The notes under the pieces: model-generated
What the model was told of the DNA's origin: nothing
Databases searched by the model: none
What the model saw: only the letters and a program-made list of their open reading frames with translations
Translations under genes and position numbers: made by a program
Source: a virus
Strand: one strand, 5' to 3'
Virus record (IMG/VR): IMGVR_UViG_3300025146_000006
DNA: 43,168 nt
Shown here: one piece after another, positions 6,576 to 14,370 of the stretch
How positions within the stretch are numbered: position 1 is the first letter of the stretch
Layout: each line of letters begins with the position of its first letter

Positions 6576-7447
6576 AGGGCGTGCGCGTGATTTCGCTCCA
6601 CTACAGCGCCGACGCGGAAAAGGCGGCGCCGGAGTGGAAAGAGCGCGCGAAAGTCGGGTATCCGCCGACCAAGTGGGAGCGGGAGATGGAGCTGAACGCC
6701 CACGCCGGCGCCCTGACGGCCGTCTTCCGCCTCGCCTACCGCGCGGACACGCACCTGCGCGCGCTCGAGCCCGATCCGGCCCTGCCGATGCGCCACGGCT
6801 GGGACTTCGGCAAGGGCTTTCCGGCCTGCGTGTGGTTTCAGCGCACGCGCGACAACGGCCTGCGCGTCTTCGGCTCCCTGGTCGGCGAGGCGGTGCAGCT
6901 CCGGAGCTTCGTCGAGCGCACGCTCGGCTTCACGCTCGAGCGCTTCGGGGATCTCTGGCCGAACCGGCGCGACTACTGCGACCCGGCGGGCAACCAGGAC
7001 AAGGACGACGGCCTGAAGTCCGTCGAGGTGCTCCGGAGCTTCGGCTGGAGCCCGAAATGGGTCGGCGGGCTGGTGCAGCCGGGCCTCGAGGCGCTCGAGC
7101 GGCTCATGACCCTGACGCTGCCGAGCGGCGACCCGGCGTTCCTCGTCGACCCACGGTGGAACCGGGTGCTGATCGAGGCGCTCGAGGGCCGGTACTATCG
7201 CAAGGCGTCGGGCGAGATCGCGCGCGAGCACCCCTGGATCGACGCGATGGACGCGCTCCGCTACGGTGTGATGTGCACGAAGACGCCTGACCGCCCGCGC
7301 CAACGTCCGGGGCGCCCGTTTCCGGTCAACGAGGTCTCCGGCTACGGCCTGGCGACGCGCCCGGACACGGCGGGCCACGTCGCGGGCGGCCCAGGGGCGT
7401 GGGACGAGGCGATGCGGGGCGCGGGCTACCTGGTGAACGGGCGATGA
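6572..7447 (+). CDS. terL: Terminase large subunit, C-terminal half (ATPase lid plus RNaseH-fold nuclease)
   Basis: 291 aa. The GTG at 6572 overlaps the upstream stop (GTGA), and GGAGGAGG lies 5-10 nt upstream. Nuclease acidic motifs are GWDFGKGFPACVW, YCDPAGNQDKDDG and HPWIDAMDALRYG. Confidence 0.8.
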   Translation: MKGVRVISLHYSADAEKAAPEWKERAKVGYPPTKWEREMELNAHAGALTAVFRLAYRADTHLRALEPDPALPMRHGWDFGKGFPACVWFQRTRDNGLRVFGSLVGEAVQLRSFVERTLGFTLERFGDLWPNRRDYCDPAGNQDKDDGLKSVEVLRSFGWSPKWVGGLVQPGLEALERLMTLTLPSGDPAFLVDPRWNRVLIEALEGRYYRKASGEIAREHPWIDAMDALRYGVMCTKTPDRPRQRPGRPFPVNEVSGYGLATRPDTAGHVAGGPGAWDEAMRGAGYLVNGR

Positions 7448-8514
7448 GGGCGCTCGGGCTCGCGGTCGGCCTCCTCGCGGCGCTGCTGCCCTGGACGGCG
7501 GCGGTCCGAGTGGCGCCGGTCGCCACGCCGGGCGCCGCGATCCTCGAGACGCCCCTCTACGTCTTCGTGGCCGCGCTCCTGGCCCTCGGGGGCGCCGCCC
7601 TGACGCGCGGGGACCGCTGGCTCGGCCTCCTCGTGCTCTGGGGGGCGCTCGGGGCGGTCGCGGCGCGCGACTGGATCGCGCTGGCGACCGCGCTGTGGCT
7701 CGCGGGCGGGGCGGCCGTCCTGGTGGCGGCGCGGGGCGCGGTCGAGCGTGGCGCGGGGCCGATCCTGCGCGTCCTGCTCGTCGCCACGGCCGCCGGGGAG
7801 GCGCTCTATGCCCTCGGGCAGGCGTTCCGGTGGGATCCCCTCTGGTGGGGCTCGGAGGCGCCGCCCTACGTCGTCTGGCACGGCACGCTCGGCAATCCGA
7901 AGTACCTCGGGGCGTTCCTGGCCCTGCTGGCGCCCCTGGCCCCGCTGGCCGTCCTGCCGATCCTGCTCGTCGGCGTCGTCCTGAGCCGCTCCTGGCTCGC
8001 CGCGGCGGCCGTGATCGTCGGGCTGGCGCTCCGGCCGTCCGGATCGCGCCGGGCGCGGGCCGGCGCGCTCGCGCTCGGCGTCCTGGGGGCGCTCGGCGCC
8101 GTCTGGGCGCGCGGGTGGAGCCCGGACAGCGCGCTGAACCGGCTGGCGGTCTGGCGGCTCGCGTGGGACGACCTCTGGGCCGTCCCCGTGACGCTCCTGA
8201 CGGGCTACGGGCCCGGGGCCTGGCCCCAGGCGATCACGGCGCGCCAGATCGTCGCCGCAGGCCAGGGCTGGCCCCCGGAACTCTTTGCCGCCGCCCACAG
8301 CGACCTCGTGCGGCTCGGGTTCGAGGGCGGGGCGCTCGCGCTCGCGGTCCTCGGGCTCTGGATCCTCGCGCACCGAGCGGCCTGGTGGCGCTCGCCCTGG
8401 CGCGGGGCGGCCGCGGCCCTCGCCGTGCTGGTGGTGGGGCTGCACCCGATGCATCTGGCCTCGATCGCCGTGCCGGCCTGCGTGGTGCTCGGCGCGGCCA
8501 CGGCGCGCACCTGA
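7444..8514 (+). CDS. Wzy_C / O-antigen-ligase-like polytopic membrane protein, paralog 2
   Basis: 356 aa. The ATG at 7444 overlaps the terL-C stop (ATGA). It shares AILETPL, LYAL.Q...DPLW, LALLAPLAPL, G.GP.AW and AH...V..GFE.G with the 5406-6575 product. Confidence 0.75.
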   Translation: MRALGLAVGLLAALLPWTAAVRVAPVATPGAAILETPLYVFVAALLALGGAALTRGDRWLGLLVLWGALGAVAARDWIALATALWLAGGAAVLVAARGAVERGAGPILRVLLVATAAGEALYALGQAFRWDPLWWGSEAPPYVVWHGTLGNPKYLGAFLALLAPLAPLAVLPILLVGVVLSRSWLAAAAVIVGLALRPSGSRRARAGALALGVLGALGAVWARGWSPDSALNRLAVWRLAWDDLWAVPVTLLTGYGPGAWPQAITARQIVAAGQGWPPELFAAAHSDLVRLGFEGGALALAVLGLWILAHRAAWWRSPWRGAAAALAVLVVGLHPMHLASIAVPACVVLGAATART

Positions 8515-8536
8515 TGAGCACACGGAGGACACGACG

Positions 8537-8908
8537 ATGAGGCGATGGACGGCGATTCTGGGGCTCCTGGCGGCGGTGGCGGCGCCGGCCGTGGTCGTGG
8601 CGGAGGACGTGGTCCTCCCGGGCGGCGTGCTGATGCAGATCTTCTCCCCGTCGCTGACCCCGGCGGCGCATGCAGCGGGCGGCCCGCTGAACACCGAGAC
8701 CTCCTTCGAGGAGACCTACACCGTGAGCGGCCTGCTCCCGGGCGGGGCGGTCTTCGTCTCGCCGCCGTCCCAGACGGCCGCCTGCCCGATGAGCGGGGCG
8801 CGCGTGTCGGCGCTCAACACGCTGGCGCTGACCTACACGAAGCAGACGACGGCGGCGTGCACGCCCGCGAGCGGCACCTACCGCGTGACGAACATCCTGA
8901 AGCCATGA
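8537..8908 (+). CDS. Small secreted protein with a signal peptide
   Basis: 123 aa with a CGGAGGA RBS. The N-terminus is MRRWTAILGLLAAVAAPAVVVA/ED. The mature part is beta-rich and has three Cys. Confidence 0.65.
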   Translation: MRRWTAILGLLAAVAAPAVVVAEDVVLPGGVLMQIFSPSLTPAAHAAGGPLNTETSFEETYTVSGLLPGGAVFVSPPSQTAACPMSGARVSALNTLALTYTKQTTAACTPASGTYRVTNILKP

Positions 8909-9087
8909 CGCGCGGGCTCGATCTCCTGCTCGCGTTCCTGCTCGGCGCCGCCCTGGCTGGCGCGGGGGCGGTCTGGGCCGACGCCCCGCGCTGGGGGGCG
9001 CAGTCCGGGCTCGTGATGTGGACGCACGCGACGAGCGGACCCGTGGAGGCGAGTACGACGAACCCCGTGCCCGTCCAGGGCTACTGA
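8905..9087 (+). CDS. 60-aa secreted peptide precursor whose mature part resembles the N-terminus of the next protein
   Basis: MTRGLDLLLAFLLGAALAGAGAVWA/DAPRWGAQSGLVMWTHATSGPVEASTTNPVPVQGY. It has ATGA overlaps at both ends. Confidence 0.55.
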   Translation: MTRGLDLLLAFLLGAALAGAGAVWADAPRWGAQSGLVMWTHATSGPVEASTTNPVPVQGY

Positions 9088-10439
9088 TGCGCCGGCGTCT
9101 CGCGCTCCGCGGTCTCGCGGTCCTGCTGATCCTCGGTCTGGGGGGGCTCGCCACCGCCCGGGCCGACGCCCCGCGCTGGTCCGCCCTCTCGACGCTGCTC
9201 ATGTGGACCAAGGCGGATCCGACGGGGCCGACCGAGGTGACGGCGGCGGACCCGCTGCCGGTCACCATCAGCGGGGACGCGACCCTCGACACGCTGACGA
9301 TCGACGAGAAGATCCTCCTCCCCGCCGGCACGACGGCGGCGCCGAGTCTTCAGTGGCCCGCGACGGGGCTGACGCAGATCTCCACCGCCGTCCTCGGCCT
9401 GGTGAATGGTGAGGTCTCGCAGGAATTTCGTGTGTACGGCACGGCGACGGGAGGCGAGTATCTCGCGCTTCAGGGCGCCGCGGCCTCCCAGACGGTGCGG
9501 TCGTCGGTGGGCAATCTCAACCTCGGCTATGCGACGGCGACCCCTCTGGTCGTGTCGACGACGGGCACTATCTACGTCGGCGAGGTCGGCAACGACAACA
9601 CGAACGGCACGGGCAATCCCGACGGCCGACTGCAAATCATGGTCGACACGAACGCGGTCGTCAACCCATTCAACATTCAGAATTTCCGCTCCACGGCCGG
9701 GGCGGGCATCGGGATGTCGTTCGGGCTCGGCGCGACGGACGACCTCGTCTATCCCTACTACGTCCTCCGCCTCACCCACACGAACCAATGGACCTCGACG
9801 GCCAGCTCCCGCAAGGGCATCATGCAGATCGGGGTGCCCAACGGGGCCAACCCGGCGTATTACCTTGCGCTCGACAGCGAGCAGGCGATGGTCAACGCCA
9901 CCGCCGACCTCTGGCTCGATGCGCCGAAGGTCACGGCGGGCTCGGGAACGGGCGTCACGGTCAATGCCCCGGGCTCCGCCCGCTCCGTCGTCTACAAGGT
10001 CACCGTCCTCTCCACCAACTGCGTCGCCGCCGCGACGACGTGCGACCTCACCATCGCCACGCTCCCCGCCAAGGCGTTCCTCAAGGCCGTCATCGCGGAC
10101 CTGACGACGACCTACGCCTGCACCGCCGTCTGCACGACCGCGACGCTCTCGGGCACGCTCGGCACGAGCGCGGGCGGCACGCAACTGCTGGCCTCGATGG
10201 ACCTCGACGCCGCGGCCGCGCAGTTCGGCGACGCGGATGCGGAACTCGGGGCCACCATGAACGCGGCCGCCCGGAGCGCCAACGGCGCGCTGTTCAACGG
10301 CGTGCTGATGTCGTGGTCGGGCACGACGACGGTGACCTACCGGATCACGAGCGGCACCGGCAACCTCGGCGACGGCGCGGCGACGAATCTGAGTCAGGGC
10401 ACCATCGTCTTTTACTTGGTCACGGAGGTCTTCCCGTAG
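9087..10439 (+). CDS. Large secreted protein with a signal peptide; beta-rich and Thr/Ala/Gly-rich; possibly a fibre or adhesin
   Basis: 450 aa. The N-terminus is MRRRLALRGLAVLLILGLGGLATARA/DAPRWSALSTLLMWTKADPTGPTEVTAADPLPV. It lies immediately upstream of the portal gene. Confidence 0.7.
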   Translation: MRRRLALRGLAVLLILGLGGLATARADAPRWSALSTLLMWTKADPTGPTEVTAADPLPVTISGDATLDTLTIDEKILLPAGTTAAPSLQWPATGLTQISTAVLGLVNGEVSQEFRVYGTATGGEYLALQGAAASQTVRSSVGNLNLGYATATPLVVSTTGTIYVGEVGNDNTNGTGNPDGRLQIMVDTNAVVNPFNIQNFRSTAGAGIGMSFGLGATDDLVYPYYVLRLTHTNQWTSTASSRKGIMQIGVPNGANPAYYLALDSEQAMVNATADLWLDAPKVTAGSGTGVTVNAPGSARSVVYKVTVLSTNCVAAATTCDLTIATLPAKAFLKAVIADLTTTYACTAVCTTATLSGTLGTSAGGTQLLASMDLDAAAAQFGDADAELGATMNAAARSANGALFNGVLMSWSGTTTVTYRITSGTGNLGDGAATNLSQGTIVFYLVTEVFP

Positions 10440-12532
10440 TGGAGATCCGCCGCGCGAGCCCGATCCCGCTCGACAGCCCCAAGGCGTTTTACACGAACCA
10501 CGCCAGGGACGCCGAGACGGCCCGGCGCGCCGTGAAGCTCGCGCTGCCGATGCTGACGCACGTCCGCCGGAACCGCCAGACGATCGACAAGAAGGCCCTG
10601 CGCCGCTACAACCAGTGGGCGCTCGTCACGGACGACCGCTTCTACGTCGGGCGCGCGAACACCTACATCCCCGCCGTGCGCCGGGGCGTCGAGCGCCTCG
10701 TGAGCAGCACGATCCGCGAGACGTTCCCCTCGGACGAGTGGTGGGACCTGCAGGCGACCGCCCCGGAGTTCGAGAAGAACCTCGACGGCCAGCGGGCCCT
10801 CCTGCGCCAGCAGCTCCGCCAGATGGCCGTCAAGCGCCTGGCCCGGCCGACGTACCGGCAGGCCTTCATTTGCGGCCTCACCCCGGTGCGGGTCGGGTGG
10901 AAGACGGTCGAGCGCACGGAGAGCGCGATCGGCCCGGGTCCGGACGGGAAGGGCTTCGGCGTCACGCAGCGCCGCCGCGTGCTCTACAACGGTCCCGAGT
11001 TCGAGCCCGTGGACTTCTTCAGCTTCGGCGTCTACCCGATGACGGGGCTGCGCCTGGAGGACGCGCTGCTCGTGTACGAGGACGCCGTGGTGAGCCTCGA
11101 CGAGTTGCAGGCCGACCGTGACAACTACACGAACCTCGCGCGGGCGAAGTCCGCGGCGGGCAGCGGGACCAGCGGGAGCGAGGCCCTGCAGCAGCGCCAG
11201 CAGCGCCTCCGCCAGCTCGGGATCACCGAGGACGAGCTGACCGACGGCCAGTTCGCCTTCATCACGCACTGCTACCTGTCGGCCTTCGATCTCAAGGACC
11301 GCTTCCGCCTCGGGCCCGAACCCGTGATCCTGACGCTCGCGTGGGAGGAGGTGCCGATCCGCCTGCAGCGCAACGCCTACGGCCGGGCGCCCTATCTCGA
11401 GGTGCGCGACAGCGAGATGATCGGGGAGCACTGGCCGCACGCGCGCACGGAGGCGACCGATCGGCTGCAGATCCACCTGAACGACGTGTCGAATCAGGAC
11501 GCGGACGCCTCGAGCTTCGCCAACAACCCGATCGTGCTGGTGGACCCCAACGTCGTCGAGGACTACCAGGCGATCGCCATCTACCCGGGCGCCAAGGTGC
11601 CGGCGCCGAAAGACGCCGTGAGCTTCGACCGCCCGCCCGAGGCGGCGTACAGCCAGAAGGACAAGCTCGCCTTCCTGCACCAGCTCATCAACGAGAACCT
11701 GGGCTCGCCGACCGCCGCGAGCGGCAGCCCGGCCGCCTCCGCGCAGCCCCGCGGCGCCCGGACCTTCGGCGGGATGCAGATGCTCCAGATGCTCGCCGGC
11801 TCCGAAGCCAAGGAGTTCGTCGAGTTCCAGGAGGAGAACTTCTGGGAGCCGCTCCTGGGGTGGATGGCGAAGATGAACGCCCTGTTCCTCTCCGACGAGC
11901 AGACGCTCCGCATGGCGGGCAGCCGGGGCGCGGCCATCGTGGTGAACCGCGAGACCTTCGCGGGCGACTACGCCTACGAGTGGCTCGGCACCTCGACGAT
12001 GCAGAATCAGACCGTGCGCTCGGCGCAGATGCTGGTCTTCATGAACGTGCTGCGGGGGCTCCAGCTCCCGCCCGGGCAGTCGGTCAACGTCGCGTACATC
12101 CTCAAGACGTGGTGGCGCTCGCAGGGCCTGAAGGACGCCGACCGCGTGATCCTCGACGCGACGCCCGAGTCCGTGCCGGCCGACCTCGAGCAGCAGCTCG
12201 TGGCGATGGGGCGCGCGATTCAGGTCTCCCCGCAGGACAACGACGCCGAGCACATCGCGAGCCACGCCCGCGCCCGCGGCGCGCTGCCGCCCGACAGCCC
12301 CGAGCACCAGACGCTGCTCCAGCACGAGCAGGCGCACGCCACGCAGCTGCTCGTCAAGCAGCAGGCGGCGCTCCTCCAGCAGTCTGCGGCGATGCCCGGG
12401 GGCGGCACGAACGGGGGGCCCGCCCCGGCGGGGGCGAAGGCCGGCATGAAGCCGCGGATGGGTGCGGACTCCGGCATGGGACCGGCGCGCGCGATGCTGG
12501 CCGCCCCCGGGGGCGCGCCGGGAGGCCCCTGA
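10439..12532 (+). CDS. Portal protein (podovirus, T7 gp8-like head-tail connector)
   Basis: About 697 aa. The GTG at 10439 has GGAGG upstream. It contains YIPAVRRGVERLVSSTIRETFPSDEWWD. Size, position and a Gln/Ala/Gly-rich C-terminal tail fit a portal. Confidence 0.75.
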   Translation: MEIRRASPIPLDSPKAFYTNHARDAETARRAVKLALPMLTHVRRNRQTIDKKALRRYNQWALVTDDRFYVGRANTYIPAVRRGVERLVSSTIRETFPSDEWWDLQATAPEFEKNLDGQRALLRQQLRQMAVKRLARPTYRQAFICGLTPVRVGWKTVERTESAIGPGPDGKGFGVTQRRRVLYNGPEFEPVDFFSFGVYPMTGLRLEDALLVYEDAVVSLDELQADRDNYTNLARAKSAAGSGTSGSEALQQRQQRLRQLGITEDELTDGQFAFITHCYLSAFDLKDRFRLGPEPVILTLAWEEVPIRLQRNAYGRAPYLEVRDSEMIGEHWPHARTEATDRLQIHLNDVSNQDADASSFANNPIVLVDPNVVEDYQAIAIYPGAKVPAPKDAVSFDRPPEAAYSQKDKLAFLHQLINENLGSPTAASGSPAASAQPRGARTFGGMQMLQMLAGSEAKEFVEFQEENFWEPLLGWMAKMNALFLSDEQTLRMAGSRGAAIVVNRETFAGDYAYEWLGTSTMQNQTVRSAQMLVFMNVLRGLQLPPGQSVNVAYILKTWWRSQGLKDADRVILDATPESVPADLEQQLVAMGRAIQVSPQDNDAEHIASHARARGALPPDSPEHQTLLQHEQAHATQLLVKQQAALLQQSAAMPGGGTNGGPAPAGAKAGMKPRMGADSGMGPARAMLAAPGGAPGGP

Positions 12533-12798
12533 TGCCGCTGAAGAACGTCCGCTACCGCGTCACGACGACGGGCACGGGTCAGAAGGTTCGCCTCGCCGTC
12601 CGCGGCGGCAGCGCCGCGAAGAAGACAGGCACCGTCGTCGAGGCGAAGGGCCCGACGGGGACGGTCCACACGCCGGCCGAGTTCGCCGCCGACCGCGCGA
12701 AGAAGAAGCCGATGAAGGCGCCGGCGATGACCGCGAGGATGGCGCGGATGCAGCGCATCAAGGACTTCGAGGACGCGCATGGCGATGATGCCCTCTAG
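12532..12798 (+). CDS. Small basic protein with a C-terminal FEDAHGDDAL motif
   Basis: 88 aa. There is an ATGA overlap with the portal stop. It lies between the portal and the scaffold. Confidence 0.6.
   Translation: MPLKNVRYRVTTTGTGQKVRLAVRGGSAAKKTGTVVEAKGPTGTVHTPAEFAADRAKKKPMKAPAMTARMARMQRIKDFEDAHGDDAL
12766..12798 (+). repeat. Junction cassette copy A (TTCGAGGACGCGCATGGCGATGATGCCCTCTAG)
   Basis: 24 of 33 nt are identical to 13004-13036. It encodes the FED.HGD..L C-terminus and also carries GAGGA plus the ATG of the next gene in another frame. Confidence 0.7.
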
Positions 12799-13036
12799 CC
12801 CGAACACGAAGTCGAAGCCGATGATTTATCTGTCGTGGCCCAAGAAGGGTCTGAAGACGTCCGGCGATATGAAGGCGCTCAGGATCGGCAAGTCGTGCGT
12901 GATCCGGCTCAAGGGCACGGTGAAGGGGTTGTCCGAGAGAGAGGACGGGCGTTCGCTCGATATCGAGCCGAGCGAGATCAGCATCCGGAATCACGTCGAA
13001 GCGTTCGAGGACGAACATGGCGACACGACGCTCTAA
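12779..13036 (+). CDS. Small protein with a C-terminal FEDEHGDTTL motif, related at the C-terminus to the preceding gene
   Basis: 85 aa. GC is visibly lower than in its neighbours. Its start lies inside junction cassette A and its end inside cassette B. Confidence 0.55.
   Translation: MAMMPSSPNTKSKPMIYLSWPKKGLKTSGDMKALRIGKSCVIRLKGTVKGLSEREDGRSLDIEPSEISIRNHVEAFEDEHGDTTL
13004..13036 (+). repeat. Junction cassette copy B (TTCGAGGACGAACATGGCGACACGACGCTCTAA)
   Basis: See copy A. It has the same length and the same 20-nt out-of-frame overlap geometry with the downstream ATG at 13017. Confidence 0.7.
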
Positions 13037-13430
13037 GACGCGCCTCGACGTGCTCCGCGGGACGCCCCCGGGCGAGCTGACGGCGCTCGACCTGGACCTC
13101 GTGATCGCGGAGGCCGATCGGAAGATCGCGCTGATGCAGGCTCTGGCCGAGTCGGACGCCTGGCGCCTGCTCTGCCGCGTCCGCGAGCAGCGCAAGAAGA
13201 ATCTCGGCCGGCAGCTCGAGGGGCTCGTCAAGCGCCTCGCGCAGCCGCTCGAGGGCCAGCCCCCGGTGACGACCGACCAGCTGACCTACCTCCGGGGGCG
13301 TCAAGACGAGAATACCGAGCTGCTGAGCTTCCCGGCCCGAGCGCGTCTGCTCTGGCAGCAGGAGCGGGAGCAGCTGGACCAGTTTCGCCAGCAGCGGGCG
13401 TCATCGCTGCATGCGCCGCCGAGGCGTTAA
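13017..13430 (+). CDS. Coiled-coil hypothetical protein in the head-assembly region
   Basis: 137 aa, helical and charged (…EQRKKNLGRQLEGLVKRLAQ…). GC3 is high. Confidence 0.6.
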   Translation: MATRRSKTRLDVLRGTPPGELTALDLDLVIAEADRKIALMQALAESDAWRLLCRVREQRKKNLGRQLEGLVKRLAQPLEGQPPVTTDQLTYLRGRQDENTELLSFPARARLLWQQEREQLDQFRQQRASSLHAPPRR

Positions 13431-13447
13431 ACCGGGAGGACGTCGGC

Positions 13448-14356
13448 ATGGACAGGAACAGCGACTGGCACGAGGTGACCGACCGGGCGGCGTGGCTGCT
13501 CGCGCGAGGGCGTGGGCCCATCGCGGGCGGATCGGACGACGACCCGGCCGCGGGCACCGAGGGGACGGAGACCGCCGATGACCTGGCGGGCGCCGCCACC
13601 GACGGCGAGCCCGGTGACGAAGGCGCGGAGGGGGCGGAGGGGGCCGAGGGCGCGGCGCAGGGGGAGGAGACCGAGCCGGGGGCGGAAGGCGACGGACCCG
13701 ATGGGGAGCCAGCGGACGGGCTTGACAGCCGGCCGCGCTCGCGGGGCCAGCGGCGCTACCAGGCGCTGGCCAACGCCAACCGGGAGCTGCGGCAGACGAT
13801 CGAGGCGCTCGATCGCCGGCTGAAGGGGCTGGAGCCGAGGCCGGGGAGCGACGAGGCGCTGCCGGGCGAGTTCAAGGAGCTGGACCAGCATCTCGGGGGC
13901 TACGTCGGGCACCGGCTCGGCGGCGTCACGAAGCTGATCGAGGCCCAGAAGCAGCAGATCGCGGGGCTCCAGTCCTGGATCCAGTTCTTCGGCGACCAGG
14001 CCGACTTCTACTCGAACCACCCGGAGTACAGCCGCGGGGAGCCGCGGCGGCTGGTCGAGTCGATGGTCCGGCTGCTCGGCCAGAAGTACGGCCCCGAGGG
14101 GGCGCTCCGCGAGGACGCGCTCCAGTACCTCCGCGGCCACCCGAAGTACGCGAAGCACTTCGTCACTGAGGCCGAGGGAGCGGACCGGCTCGCCGGCCGT
14201 GTGGCGGACGCCCGACGGGGCGCCGGCAAGACAGGGGGACGGCCCGTCACCAAGGCGGGCGCTCGCGCGTCGGAGCCGCTGGACCTGGGGGCCATCAGCT
14301 CCCCGGCCGAGCGCGTGAAGGCGATCGAGCGCCAGTTCGGGGACGCGCCGTTCTGA
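13448..14356 (+). CDS. Putative scaffolding protein
   Basis: 302 aa. It has an acidic Gly/Glu/Asp-rich N-terminal region followed by a helical region. It lies directly upstream of the capsid gene, as in T7-like gene order. Confidence 0.55.
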   Translation: MDRNSDWHEVTDRAAWLLARGRGPIAGGSDDDPAAGTEGTETADDLAGAATDGEPGDEGAEGAEGAEGAAQGEETEPGAEGDGPDGEPADGLDSRPRSRGQRRYQALANANRELRQTIEALDRRLKGLEPRPGSDEALPGEFKELDQHLGGYVGHRLGGVTKLIEAQKQQIAGLQSWIQFFGDQADFYSNHPEYSRGEPRRLVESMVRLLGQKYGPEGALREDALQYLRGHPKYAKHFVTEAEGADRLAGRVADARRGAGKTGGRPVTKAGARASEPLDLGAISSPAERVKAIERQFGDAPF

Positions 14357-14370
14357 GACAGGAGACGACG

